Shown in pieces: positions 38,431-47,595 of a DNA stretch of 64,000 bases. Both the position numbers and the translations under genes were made by a program. This DNA comes from an uncultured Chloroflexia bacterium (GTDB lineage Bacteria; Chloroflexota; Limnocylindria; Limnocylindrales; CSP1-4), in NCBI GenBank assembly GCA_963748625.1, contig CAVVJT010000004.1, positions 288,001 to 352,000 on the forward strand, given 5' to 3'. The notes below the pieces were generated by a model, which saw only the letters and a program-made list of their open reading frames with translations, did not search any database and was not told the DNA's origin. The stretch's first letter is position 1, and the number at the start of each line of letters is the position of its first letter.

Positions 38431-40494
38431 TCAGGCGGCCCGGCCTTCGTCGCCCTCCGGGGGCACATCGTCGTCCCCGAGCTGGTGATCGTCGCGCCGG
38501 TAGGGCACGTCCACCACCACGGTGTGCTGCCGGCCGAGCAGGATCGTCCGCAGGCGGCGCGCCGACTGGTTGTAGAGGATCCGCTCCCACCAGTGGCGTG
38601 CGACGTACTCGGGCACCACGACGAACGTGATCGGCTCGGGCTTGTCGGGCGGCCACGCGCGGTCGAGCACGTCGAGGTAGGCCATGAGCGGCCCCGCGAG
38701 CGCCCGGTACGGACTCTCCACGATCACGAGCGGCACACCCGGGACCTGGCGCTCCCAGCGCTCGCGCATCCGCGCGGAATGCTCGGGATCCTCGCTGATG
38801 TAGACCGCGCTCACGTCCTCGGTGATCGAGCGGGCCACGTTGACCGCCCGGACGACCGCCCGGTTGAGCGACGGCACCGGGATGATGGCGCGCTCCTGGC
38901 GGGTGAGTGGCGGCATCACGAAGTCGTGCGGGATGGCGAGCTGGCGACTGGACGCCGTGTACTGGCGATTGATGAACAGCATCCCGCCGACCAGCATCGG
39001 GATCAGCACCGCGACCACCCATGCCCCGTGCTCGAACTTCTCGGTCAGGACGATCAGCAGGACCACGCCGGTCAGGAGCGCGCCAAACGCGTTGACGATC
39101 ATCCGCCACCGCCAGCCCGGGGCGCGGGTGCGGACCCAGTGACGGACCATGCCGCCCTGGCTCAGCGTGAAGCACACGAACACCCCGACCGAGTACAGCG
39201 GAATCAGGCTGGTCGTGTTGCCCTGGAAGACCACATACAGGCCGGCGGCCACGGCGGCCAGCAGGACGATGCCCCAGCTGTACGCGAGCCGGTCGCCGCG
39301 GAAGGTGAACTGGCGCGGGAAGTAGCCGTCCTCGGCCAGGATCGCCGCAAGCCGGGGGAAGGCATTGAAGCTGGTGTTCGCGGCCAGGAACAGGATCAGG
39401 GCTGTCGCGAGCTGGAACACGTAGAACAACGGGCTGTCCCAGCCGAACACCGTGCTCGCCACCAGCGCGATGACCGTCGGCCCGCCCGACAGCGCCACCG
39501 ACGGGACGATGTCATAGGCGCGCGAGATGATCGTGACCCCGATGAAGATGACGCCCAGCAGGACGGCCATCGCCAGCATCGTGTTCGCGGCGTTCTTCGC
39601 CTCCGGCGGCTTGAAGGCGGGCACGCCGTTGGCGATCGCCTCCACGCCGGTCAGCGCGACCGAACCGCTGGCAAACGCGCGCAGGATCAGCACCAGGCCC
39701 AGCGTCTCCGTGCCCAGCGGGACCGCCTGTTCCTGGGGCGACATCGGGACGGCCTGACCGGTGGCAACCCGGTAGAGGCCGATGACCACGATGACCAGCG
39801 CCAGGCTCACGAAGAGGTAGGTGGGAATGGCGAACGCGTTGCCCGCCTCGCGCAGGCCGCGCAGGTTGCCCACCGTGATGAGGGCGATCACCGCCACGGC
39901 AACCTCGATCCGGACGAAGTCCAGCCCCGGCATGATCGAGATCAGCTGGTCCATGGCGGACGACGTGGACACGGCCACGGTCATCACGTAGTCGATCAGC
40001 AGTGCCGCAGCCGCCACCAGGCCGAGGATCGGCAGCAGCTCCTGGCGGGCGACCGCGTAGGCGCCACCGCCCTGCGGAAAGGCGTTGCACACCTGGCGGT
40101 AGGAGACCGCCACCACGGCCAGCAGGACCGCGATCGCAATGGCGATCGGCACGGACACCATGAGTGCGCCCGCACCTGCAAGGACGAGGACCCGCAGGAT
40201 CTCCTCCGTGGCGTAGGCCGAGGACGAGATCGCATCGGACGAGAAGATCGGCAGGGCGAGCCGCTTCGACAGGCGCTCGCCGATCTCCTCCTCGGAGGCC
40301 ATCGGACGTCCGATGAACCAGGCCTTGGCCCGCTGCACGCCACGCCCGAACCCGGAGCGTGGCGTCGACGCCGCGGCCTTCGCGACCAGCTGGTTGGGAC
40401 CCGTGTACCTGAAGTAGGCGGAGTGCGGACGTTCGACACGGACCCGCTTGTCACCCGGCTTGCGGCCGCTGATGGGCTTGCGGCCGCCGATCAT
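38431..40494 (-). CDS. kimA: KimA/YdaO-like APC-fold potassium transporter
   Basis: FSSDAISSSAYATEE, GGGAY, LTGVEAIANG, ANTSF..FPRL, ESPYR, WWERILYNQS. Confidence 0.88.
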   Translation of the reverse strand: MIGGRKPISGRKPGDKRVRVERPHSAYFRYTGPNQLVAKAAASTPRSGFGRGVQRAKAWFIGRPMASEEEIGERLSKRLALPIFSSDAISSSAYATEEILRVLVLAGAGALMVSVPIAIAIAVLLAVVAVSYRQVCNAFPQGGGAYAVARQELLPILGLVAAAALLIDYVMTVAVSTSSAMDQLISIMPGLDFVRIEVAVAVIALITVGNLRGLREAGNAFAIPTYLFVSLALVIVVIGLYRVATGQAVPMSPQEQAVPLGTETLGLVLILRAFASGSVALTGVEAIANGVPAFKPPEAKNAANTMLAMAVLLGVIFIGVTIISRAYDIVPSVALSGGPTVIALVASTVFGWDSPLFYVFQLATALILFLAANTSFNAFPRLAAILAEDGYFPRQFTFRGDRLAYSWGIVLLAAVAAGLYVVFQGNTTSLIPLYSVGVFVCFTLSQGGMVRHWVRTRAPGWRWRMIVNAFGALLTGVVLLIVLTEKFEHGAWVVAVLIPMLVGGMLFINRQYTASSRQLAIPHDFVMPPLTRQERAIIPVPSLNRAVVRAVNVARSITEDVSAVYISEDPEHSARMRERWERQVPGVPLVIVESPYRALAGPLMAYLDVLDRAWPPDKPEPITFVVVPEYVARHWWERILYNQSARRLRTILLGRQHTVVVDVPYRRDDHQLGDDDVPPEGDEGRAA

Positions 40495-40543
40495 CGCCCG
40501 TCCTCCCGGCCCTGCTGCCGGTGGGGACGGACTGTTGGCCGGT

Positions 40544-40798
40544 TCATGCGGTGATGGCCTCCACGAGGACGTCGAACCGGTCGGGACGCGAGGTCGCGAT
40601 CGTGCGCAGGCGGGTACCGGACTCGAGGGCGAAGCGCATGCACAAGTCTCGGACCACCTCGCCGTGGGCGAGGCCGGCGACGAGCACGCGCCGCGAGGCC
40701 CCCGAATTGACGAGCAGGATGGCCTCGCGCACGAGGCGCTCCTCACCGGCCCAGGGGCTGGGGAAGACGGCGTCGTCCAGGGCGATGGCGGGTTCCAT
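40544..40798 (-). CDS. Small hypothetical protein (84 aa)
   Basis: GGAGG RBS then ATG; lies just upstream of kimA on the same strand. Confidence 0.6.
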   Translation of the reverse strand: MEPAIALDDAVFPSPWAGEERLVREAILLVNSGASRRVLVAGLAHGEVVRDLCMRFALESGTRLRTIATSRPDRFDVLVEAITA

Positions 40799-40854
40799 GC
40801 CTCCACCATCGCAGGCACGCCCAAGAGGGAACGACACCGCGAACGCCCCCGGCG

Positions 40855-40872
40855 CCTAAGGTTTCCCTAAGG
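40855..40872. promoter_or_regulatory. CCTAAGG-N4-CCTAAGG direct repeat (11-bp period), candidate KdpE-type site
   Basis: Exact 7-bp repeat upstream of the small-ORF/kimA unit. Confidence 0.45.
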
Positions 40873-41598
40873 ATTGGCGCCCAGGTCGCGGATCCGGTAG
40901 CCCACTCCCGGTTCGGTGCGGATCAGGTCGTCGAGCGTGCCATCAGGGTCGGAGGCCGCGAGCTTGCGGCGCAGCTGGCTCACGTGCACGTAGACGTAGC
41001 TGTCCTCGCCCTGGTACGCCTCGCCCCAGACGGCCCGGAGCAGGCGGCCCTTGGTGACGACACGGCCGCGATGGGTGAGCAGGATGCGCAGGAGCTCGAA
41101 CTCGCGCGGGGTCAGGTCCACGCGCCGTCCGTCGACCGTCACCTCGTGCGTGGCGGCGTCCAGGACGAGCGGGCCCGTCGCGATCCGGCCGGCGGCGTCC
41201 CCGCCGGGCCCGACGGCCCGGCGCAGCGCCACCCGGAGGCGGGCCCGGAGCTCGTCCACCCCAAAGGGTTTGGTCACGTAGTCGTCCGCTCCCCGGTCGA
41301 GCGCCTCGACCTTCTCGCGCTCCTCGTACCGGCCCGACAGGATCACGATCGGGGTGGCCGCCTCCCGGCGCATCGTGCCGACGAGCGTGAGCCCGTCCAT
41401 GTCCGGCAACCCGAGGTCGAGCAGGACGAGATCCGGCCGACGCGCTGCCCAGCGCTCCAGGGCCGTCCGGCCGTCGGGCGCCTCCACAACGGTGTAGCCG
41501 CCCGAGGCGAGCTCCCGGACGAGCGCCGCGCGCGTCTCGGCATCGTCCTCCACGACCAGGATCGTGGGCCCGGTGCCGGGTGCGGGGCTGCGCATCAT
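40867..41598 (-). CDS. kdpE: KdpE-like response regulator
   Basis: LLDLGLPDMDG, EKVEALDRGADDYVTKPFG, IRTEPGVGY. Confidence 0.88.
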   Translation of the reverse strand: MMRSPAPGTGPTILVVEDDAETRAALVRELASGGYTVVEAPDGRTALERWAARRPDLVLLDLGLPDMDGLTLVGTMRREAATPIVILSGRYEEREKVEALDRGADDYVTKPFGVDELRARLRVALRRAVGPGGDAAGRIATGPLVLDAATHEVTVDGRRVDLTPREFELLRILLTHRGRVVTKGRLLRAVWGEAYQGEDSYVYVHVSQLRRKLAASDPDGTLDDLIRTEPGVGYRIRDLGANP

Positions 41599-43199
41599 GC
41601 GGGCGTCCGGGCGTACAGGCCTGCCTCGCCGTCGGCGGCCTGTGCGACCTCACCGTCGGCAGGCGCCTCGCCGGGGAGTGCGCCCGCGGGCAGGTCGATG
41701 TCCACGGCCAGCCCGCCCAGCGCGCCCCGCCGCGCGGCCACCGCGCCCCCCATCGCCTCGATCAGGCCGCGCGTCACCGCGAGCCCGATGCCGGTCCCCT
41801 CCCTCGATCGCCTGCCCGAGCCCGGGACGCGGTAGAACTTCTCGAACAGCCGGTCCAGGTGCTCGGGGGCGACGCCGGAGCCGTCGTCCTCCACGGTGAG
41901 GCGCACGCGCTCCGGATCGAGGTCCCGCGCCGTGACCAGGATGCGGGCGCCGTCGGGCGTGTGCTTCAGGGCATTGTCGAGGACGTTCGTCACCGCCTCA
42001 TCCACGAACACCGCGTCCACCACGACCGGGGCGGAACGCAGGTCGGCCTGGAGGGTGCGCGCGCCGAGGCGCTGGCGGGTGCTGTCGAGCGCGCGCGCGA
42101 GGAGGTCGTCGAGGTCGAACAGCTCGCGGTTCGCCCGTAGCGCGCCCGCCTCGATCCGGGAGAGGTCGAGCAGGTTGGTGACCATCCGGTTGAGGTACTC
42201 GACCTCACGCTCGATCGCGTCAGCGCTGGCGCGGCGGTCCTCGTCCGACAGGCTCGTGCCCGGGCGCAGGCTGCCGGCCGCCGCGCGGATGGTGGCGAGC
42301 GGCGTGCGCAGGTCGTGCGACACGGACTGGAGGAGCGCGCTCTTGAGGGCGTCGCTCTCCCGCGCGATCTCGGACGCGCGGACCCGGTCCTCGACCATGT
42401 CGTGCGCGAGCGCCTGGCCCACCTGGTCCGCGACCGCGGCCATCAGCCGCGTGCCCACTGCGTCCGGCTCGCCGAGCACGCGGGGGCGCTCGGCCCACAG
42501 CGAGCCGAGGGGCTCGCCGCTCGCCTCGATGCGGACGCGGTAGGTGTCCACGGGACCGGCAGTACGGCGGCCCGCCTCAGGGCGCTGGACGATCGACCAG
42601 CGCGCCGGCTCATCACCGGGCGTCCGCTGGAGGACCCGGTGGCGGGCGGGCAGCGCGGGCGGACGGGCAGCGCCGGTGTCCGCGAGCACCGTCTCCGCCG
42701 CCGGATCCGGACCAGTGGCGATCCAGGCGCGCTCGAGCCCAACCTGCGCCCGGAGCGACCCCAGGATGGCGCTCGTGGCCTCCGCCATCGACGTGCGGGT
42801 GGCGAGGGCGCGGCTGGTGCCGAACAGCGCCCGGGCCTCCAGGGCGGCGGCGTCCGCAGCATCGGCACGACGTCGCTGGAGGGCGGCGAGCTCACCCACC
42901 GTCACGCCCACGAACAGCAGCAGCACCACGCTGAGCAGCACCCCCGAGTCATGGATCGCGAAGGTGAACCGGGGCTCGGTGAACCAGAAGTTGTACAGGG
43001 CGGCTGAGCCGACCGCCGTCACGACCGCACCGCCGGTGCCGACGAGCAGGGCGGCGAGGACGACGGCGACGAGGTAGGCGGACGAGGCGTTGGCCACGCC
43101 GACGGCATGCTCCAGGGCCGCGACGGCCAGCGTGGCGGCGGCCAGCAGTGCCAGGACGATGAGGACGGCGCGTATCGCGCGCCAGAGAGGACCGTGCAT
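41595..43199 (-). CDS. kdpD: KdpD-like sensor kinase (DUF4118-GAF-HisKA), lacking the N-terminal KdpD/USP domains
   Basis: YNFWFTEPRFTF, SVSHDLRTPL, DLSRIEAG, GTGIGL. Confidence 0.85.
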   Translation of the reverse strand: MHGPLWRAIRAVLIVLALLAAATLAVAALEHAVGVANASSAYLVAVVLAALLVGTGGAVVTAVGSAALYNFWFTEPRFTFAIHDSGVLLSVVLLLFVGVTVGELAALQRRRADAADAAALEARALFGTSRALATRTSMAEATSAILGSLRAQVGLERAWIATGPDPAAETVLADTGAARPPALPARHRVLQRTPGDEPARWSIVQRPEAGRRTAGPVDTYRVRIEASGEPLGSLWAERPRVLGEPDAVGTRLMAAVADQVGQALAHDMVEDRVRASEIARESDALKSALLQSVSHDLRTPLATIRAAAGSLRPGTSLSDEDRRASADAIEREVEYLNRMVTNLLDLSRIEAGALRANRELFDLDDLLARALDSTRQRLGARTLQADLRSAPVVVDAVFVDEAVTNVLDNALKHTPDGARILVTARDLDPERVRLTVEDDGSGVAPEHLDRLFEKFYRVPGSGRRSREGTGIGLAVTRGLIEAMGGAVAARRGALGGLAVDIDLPAGALPGEAPADGEVAQAADGEAGLYARTPA

Positions 43200-43712
43200 G
43201 GCGCCGATCCTACCCCTCAGGTCGGACGCATTCCCGACCGCGGGGTGCCTCAGTCGCCATGTGCGCGCCGCCCCGCTGTCTCCGGCACACGGGGGGACGC
43301 CCGTCCCCGGGGACGCCGACGGAGTGTGCGGGCCCGAGCTACCCGGCGCGCGTTGCCCCGGGGACGAGGGCGCCCGACCTCCCCCTGGGAACGTCTGGCG
43401 CGTCACCATCGTGCGCGTCGTCACTTATGCGCCGCTTATCTCGCTCCACCGGTCTGGCACCGTGCATCGCTGGCGGATCACCGTGGTACGCCGGGGGTGC
43501 CACGACGCGCACGCCCCACCCCGGGGGCGTTTCGGAGTCCCTTCCGCACGCGGTGCGCTCGTAACCCGGGGTTTCGCCCCCGGCTCGTGCTCAGACGGCC
43601 GCGAAGCGGCCCCCACGTGGGGCGAGACGCGACACATGCACCCGGTGAGCGGCGCCTGCCACCCTCCTGCCGGCTGTGCCTACGCGGGGCCAGCCGATGA
43701 CGAGGAGGCGGC

Positions 43713-43960
43713 GATGACCGGCGCCGGCCTACGTCATTGCGGAGCGGTCGATGGAGCTCGCAGCACGTTCGCGACCTGGTCCACAAGCCACGACAGGTCC
43801 TCGCCTGCCGCTAGGAGCGTCGTCGCGGCGAAGTGCTGGAGCCGCGTCCTCGCAAACACGTCCGTCACGACGACGGCCAACTTCTACGGCCACGTGCAGC
43901 CCGCGATGCTCAAGTGGTCCGCGAACAGGTTGGCCAAGCTCATGCGCGAGGTGTCGGGGA
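43713..43960 (+). pseudogene. Relic of a tyrosine integrase C-terminus next to tRNA-Lys
   Basis: GLRHCGA, STFAT and SVTTTANFYGHVQPAML resemble the integrase box II and catalytic-Tyr segment; no N-terminal part. Confidence 0.55.
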
Positions 43961-43998
43961 CCAGGCCTGAGGGTACGCACGTGGTGGCGGCCGACAAG

Positions 43999-44031
43999 AA
44001 GCCCCCTCCCGGCAATGCCCGGAGGGGGCTT
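43999..44031 (-). terminator. Hairpin downstream of tRNA-Lys
   Basis: AAGCCCCCTCC...GGAGGGGGCTT inverted repeat. Confidence 0.65.
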
Positions 44032-44046
44032 CCAACGTTCAGGAGT

Positions 44047-44121
44047 TGGTGAGCCGGCAGGGATTCGAACCCTGAACCTAGTGATTAAGAGTCACTTGCT
44101 CTACCGTTGAGCTACCGGCCC
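44047..44121 (-). tRNA. tRNA-Lys (CTT)
   Basis: GGGCCGGTAGCTCAACGGTAGAGCAAGTGACTCTTAATCACTAGGTTCAGGGTTCGAATCCCTGCCGGCTCACCA: cloverleaf, CTT anticodon, encoded CCA. Confidence 0.97.
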
Positions 44122-44425
44122 GGAACCGCGGGAGAGGATAGCGCACATCGGCTTGGTCGCGCGACGGTAGCGGCGCGGCGGGCTGTCTCCGGGTTCGTGG
44201 CGCGCGCCACGTGACGGGTGGTCACGATGGCGCTCGTGCTCGCGTAGCAATACCTTGCCGGTTCCGTGTCGTCGCGTTCTCGAGGTGGCAACGGCAGAAC
44301 GGTGTATGGGGACAGTTCGGGCGTAAGAGGGTCGTGCTGTTGCTCGGGCAGTAACAATGCGGCAGGACGAGGGCGATCTATTGCCTCGCGCGCACGGCGG
44401 TCCCAGCGCGCGGCCCCCGCGCCAC

Positions 44426-45661
44426 TCAGACCCGCTCGACCGCCATCGCCACCGATCCGCCGCCGCCCAGGCAGAGCGTCGCCAGCCCGTACCGCCCGCC
44501 ACGCCTCGCCAGCTCATGGACAAGCGTCGCCATGATCCGCGCACCGGATGCCCCGATCGGATGCCCGAGTGCGATCGCGCCCCCGTTCACGTTGACCTTC
44601 GCCCAGTCCAGGCCGAGCTCCCGGCCATCGGCGAGGACCTGGGCCGCGAACGCCTCGTTGATCTCGACGAGGTCGTAGTCCGCGGGCGCCAGGCCCGTCC
44701 GCCGCTCCAGTTCGCGGACCCCCTTGACGGGCGCGAGGAACAGCCACTTGGGCTCAACCTCCGCCTGGGCATACCCAACGATCCGTGCCATCGGCGTGAG
44801 GCCGTGCCGCTCGACGGCCCGCTCCGACGCGACGACCACCGCCGCTCCACCGTCGGTGATGCCGGGCGCGTTGCCGGCCGTGACGGTCCCCACCTGCGCA
44901 TCGCCGCGGTCATCACCTGTGGGCAGGTCGAACACGGGCGCGAGACGGGCCAGCGCCTCCACGGACGAATCGCGTCGGGGCCCCTCGTCCAGCGTCACGA
45001 CGGTCTCGCGGCCCTTCGCATCGCGGATGGTCACGGGCGCCATCTCGGCATCGAATCGGCCGGCATCCTGGGCCGCGACGGCACGCTGGTGGCTCTCGAG
45101 CGCGAACCGGTCCTGGTCCTCGCGCGACACGCCCGCCTTGATCGCCACGCGCTCCGCGTGCGTGCCCATGTGGCAGTCGTCCACGGCGCACCAGAGACCG
45201 TCCGCGACGGCCGAGTCATCGAGCGATCCGGCGCCGAGCCGGTAGCCGAAGCGCGCCTTGCGCAGCATGTAGGGCGCAAGATTCATCGACTCCATGCCGC
45301 CCGCGACATACAGGTCGCCGTCACCCGCGCGGATGCCGGCGGCGGCCAGCATGATCGCCTTGAGCCCCGAGCCGCAGACGCGGTTGATGGTGGTCGCCGG
45401 GGTGGATGTGGAAAGGCCGGCGCGAAGCAGCGCCTGCCGCGCAGGTGCCTGGCCGGCGCCACCCTGGAGCACCTGGCCCATCAGGACCTCGTCGAACGGG
45501 GCGTCCAGGGCCAGGCCGGCACGCTCCACCGCCGCGCGGATCGCCACGGCGCCCAGCTCCACTGCGGGCACCGCTGCGAGCGATCCGCCGAACTTGCCGA
45601 TGGGGGTCCGCGCCGCGCTCACGATGTAGACGGCGCCGTTGGGTCCTGCTGCATGCTCCAT
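44426..45661 (-). CDS. Acetyl-CoA C-acetyltransferase (thiolase)
   Basis: NRVCGSG, GGMESM, NEAFA, GHPIGASG, CLGGG. Confidence 0.97.
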   Translation of the reverse strand: MEHAAGPNGAVYIVSAARTPIGKFGGSLAAVPAVELGAVAIRAAVERAGLALDAPFDEVLMGQVLQGGAGQAPARQALLRAGLSTSTPATTINRVCGSGLKAIMLAAAGIRAGDGDLYVAGGMESMNLAPYMLRKARFGYRLGAGSLDDSAVADGLWCAVDDCHMGTHAERVAIKAGVSREDQDRFALESHQRAVAAQDAGRFDAEMAPVTIRDAKGRETVVTLDEGPRRDSSVEALARLAPVFDLPTGDDRGDAQVGTVTAGNAPGITDGGAAVVVASERAVERHGLTPMARIVGYAQAEVEPKWLFLAPVKGVRELERRTGLAPADYDLVEINEAFAAQVLADGRELGLDWAKVNVNGGAIALGHPIGASGARIMATLVHELARRGGRYGLATLCLGGGGSVAMAVERV

Positions 45662-45684
45662 CTCGCGACTCTACACCGGAAGGG

Positions 45685-46731
45685 GTGCGGAGCCGGTGGC
45701 GCCGGGCGGTAGCATCAGCCGGACAGCCCGCCCCACCGAGGCCCGTCGTGCCCGAACCGGAACCCGTCGCGCCCGTCGCGCCGCTCGCACCGCACGCGTC
45801 GCCCGATCCGCACGAGCTGCTGCGCGACGCGTCTGCCACCCTTGATGCCGACGGTCGTGTCCGAGGCTGGAATGCCGCAGCGGCCATGCGTTTCGGCGTC
45901 CGCCCTCCCGACGCTGTCGGGCGAAGCCTGGAGGAGCTCGGTGCACCCGGCGCGGACCCGTCGCTGGCGCGGCTGCCGCTGGCCCGGGGAGGCACGCTCG
46001 CCGTGTGGCACGCCGATGAGCCGCCGGGCAACGAGCAGATCCTGCTCGCGAAGGCCCGCGCGCTCGAGTTCCTCGCAGGACCGGTCAGGCACGATCTCTC
46101 GAACCCGCTCAACGCCCTCCTGCTGTTCGCGAGCCTGGTCAAGCTCGAGGGCGGGGTCCCCGAGGACATGACCGGCGAGATGGATGCCGTCGCGGAGGCG
46201 GCCGGCCGTGCCCACCGTCTGATGTCGCTGGACCTGGAGCTCATGCGCCACCGCGCGGCGGTCGTGGCGCCCGTACGGCCGGCCACGCTGGTCGGTGAGG
46301 TGCTCGACCTGGCGGGCTATCTCCTGGTGGACGTGGACACCGCGGTCGACGTCCCCGAGGACCTCCCCGACGCGGAAGCCGATCCGGGCGGTGTCCGCCT
46401 CGCGCTGGTGCTGGTGCTGCTGAACGCGGTCCGTGCGCTGGGTGGCCCGAAGGCCACGGGTCGCCTCTGGATCACCGGGCGGGTCGTCGGACAGGCCGCA
46501 GCCATCGAGATCGTGGTTGCCGACGACGCCGCCGGCGTCAGCGCTGAGGAGCGGCCCCACCTGTTCGACGCCCTGCCGCCGGTCCGCGCAGGTCGGGCGG
46601 GGGCGGATCTCGCTGTCGCGCGGACCCTGCTCCGCCGCGACAGCGGAGAGCTGCGCTTCGAGTCAGGCCCTGATGGCGCCAACCGCTTCGTCCTGGCCGT
46701 GCCACAGCTGGGCCACCAGGCGTCCGCCTGA
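45685..46731 (+). CDS. PAS-HisKA-HATPase-like protein with degenerate ATP-binding boxes
   Basis: WNAAA PAS fragment, RHDLSNPL H-box, LLNA N-box; G1/G2 boxes altered; start approximate. Confidence 0.7.
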   Translation: MRSRWRRAVASAGQPAPPRPVVPEPEPVAPVAPLAPHASPDPHELLRDASATLDADGRVRGWNAAAAMRFGVRPPDAVGRSLEELGAPGADPSLARLPLARGGTLAVWHADEPPGNEQILLAKARALEFLAGPVRHDLSNPLNALLLFASLVKLEGGVPEDMTGEMDAVAEAAGRAHRLMSLDLELMRHRAAVVAPVRPATLVGEVLDLAGYLLVDVDTAVDVPEDLPDAEADPGGVRLALVLVLLNAVRALGGPKATGRLWITGRVVGQAAAIEIVVADDAAGVSAEERPHLFDALPPVRAGRAGADLAVARTLLRRDSGELRFESGPDGANRFVLAVPQLGHQASA

Positions 46732-46734
46732 CCC

Positions 46735-47595
46735 CTACCGCGGGTAGGTATGGAACCCCCGGCCCGTCTTCTGGCCCAGGTGCCCCTCCGCGACCAGCCG
46801 CTCCAGGACAGCCGGCGCCGCGAACTGGGGCCCGCCGATGCCCTCGTCGAGCACCCGCATGATCCCGAGGCACACGTCGAGGCCGATGAAGTCCGCGAGC
46901 TCCAACGGGCCCATCGGGTGGTTCAGGCCCACCTTCGCCCCAGTGTCGATGTCGTCGGCTGAGCCGACGCCTTGCTCGTAGGCGCGCATCGCCTCGCCCA
47001 GGAACGGGATCAGGATCCGGTTGACGATGAACCCCGGCCGGTCGGCCGACACGATCACCTGCTTGCCGAGCTCCCCTGCGAGAGCACGGACCGCCTGCTC
47101 GGTGGCATCGTCGGTCGCGGCGCCCCGGATCAGCTCCACGAGGGGCATCACGGGCACCGGGCTGAAGAAGTGCATGCCCAGGAACCGCGTGCGACGTGCC
47201 TCGCCCACCGAGGCCGCCAGCTGGTCGATCGCGATCGACGACGTGTTCGACGCGAAGATGCACTCAGACCGGGCGACGGCATCCAGCTGCGCCCACAGGC
47301 GAGCCTTGACGTCGACGTCCTCGAACACGGCCTCGATGACGAGGTCCGCATCCTCGGCCTGCCCGAGATCGGACGTGCCGGTGAGCCGGGTCAGGATCGC
47401 CGCACGGGCCTCGTCGGTCAGCTTGCCCTTGGCGACCGCGCGCTCGAGATTGCCGGCGATCCGCGCGATGCCCGCCTCGGCACGCGCAAGGTCGGGCTCG
47501 TAGACCGTCACCTCCTTGCCGGTGGCGGCATGGACCTGCGCGATGCCGTGGCCCATGAGGCCGGCCCCCGCGACGAAGACGCGCTCGACGGACAT
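46735..47595 (-). CDS. hbd: 3-hydroxybutyryl-CoA dehydrogenase
   Basis: GAGLMGHG, ASNTSS, GMHFF, PGFIVNR, HPMGP. Confidence 0.93.
   Translation of the reverse strand: MSVERVFVAGAGLMGHGIAQVHAATGKEVTVYEPDLARAEAGIARIAGNLERAVAKGKLTDEARAAILTRLTGTSDLGQAEDADLVIEAVFEDVDVKARLWAQLDAVARSECIFASNTSSIAIDQLAASVGEARRTRFLGMHFFSPVPVMPLVELIRGAATDDATEQAVRALAGELGKQVIVSADRPGFIVNRILIPFLGEAMRAYEQGVGSADDIDTGAKVGLNHPMGPLELADFIGLDVCLGIMRVLDEGIGGPQFAAPAVLERLVAEGHLGQKTGRGFHTYPR

Noticed and set aside
36508-40554. 1348-aa plus-strand ORF and similar long antisense ORFs
   Set aside because: Shadow frames of real minus-strand genes in high-GC DNA; no recognisable motifs.
40495-43700. c-di-AMP (ydaO) riboswitch upstream of kimA or kdpD
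   Set aside because: Could not find the conserved GCUGAAUCC...GGGGUGAAU...CAGCUAAC elements.
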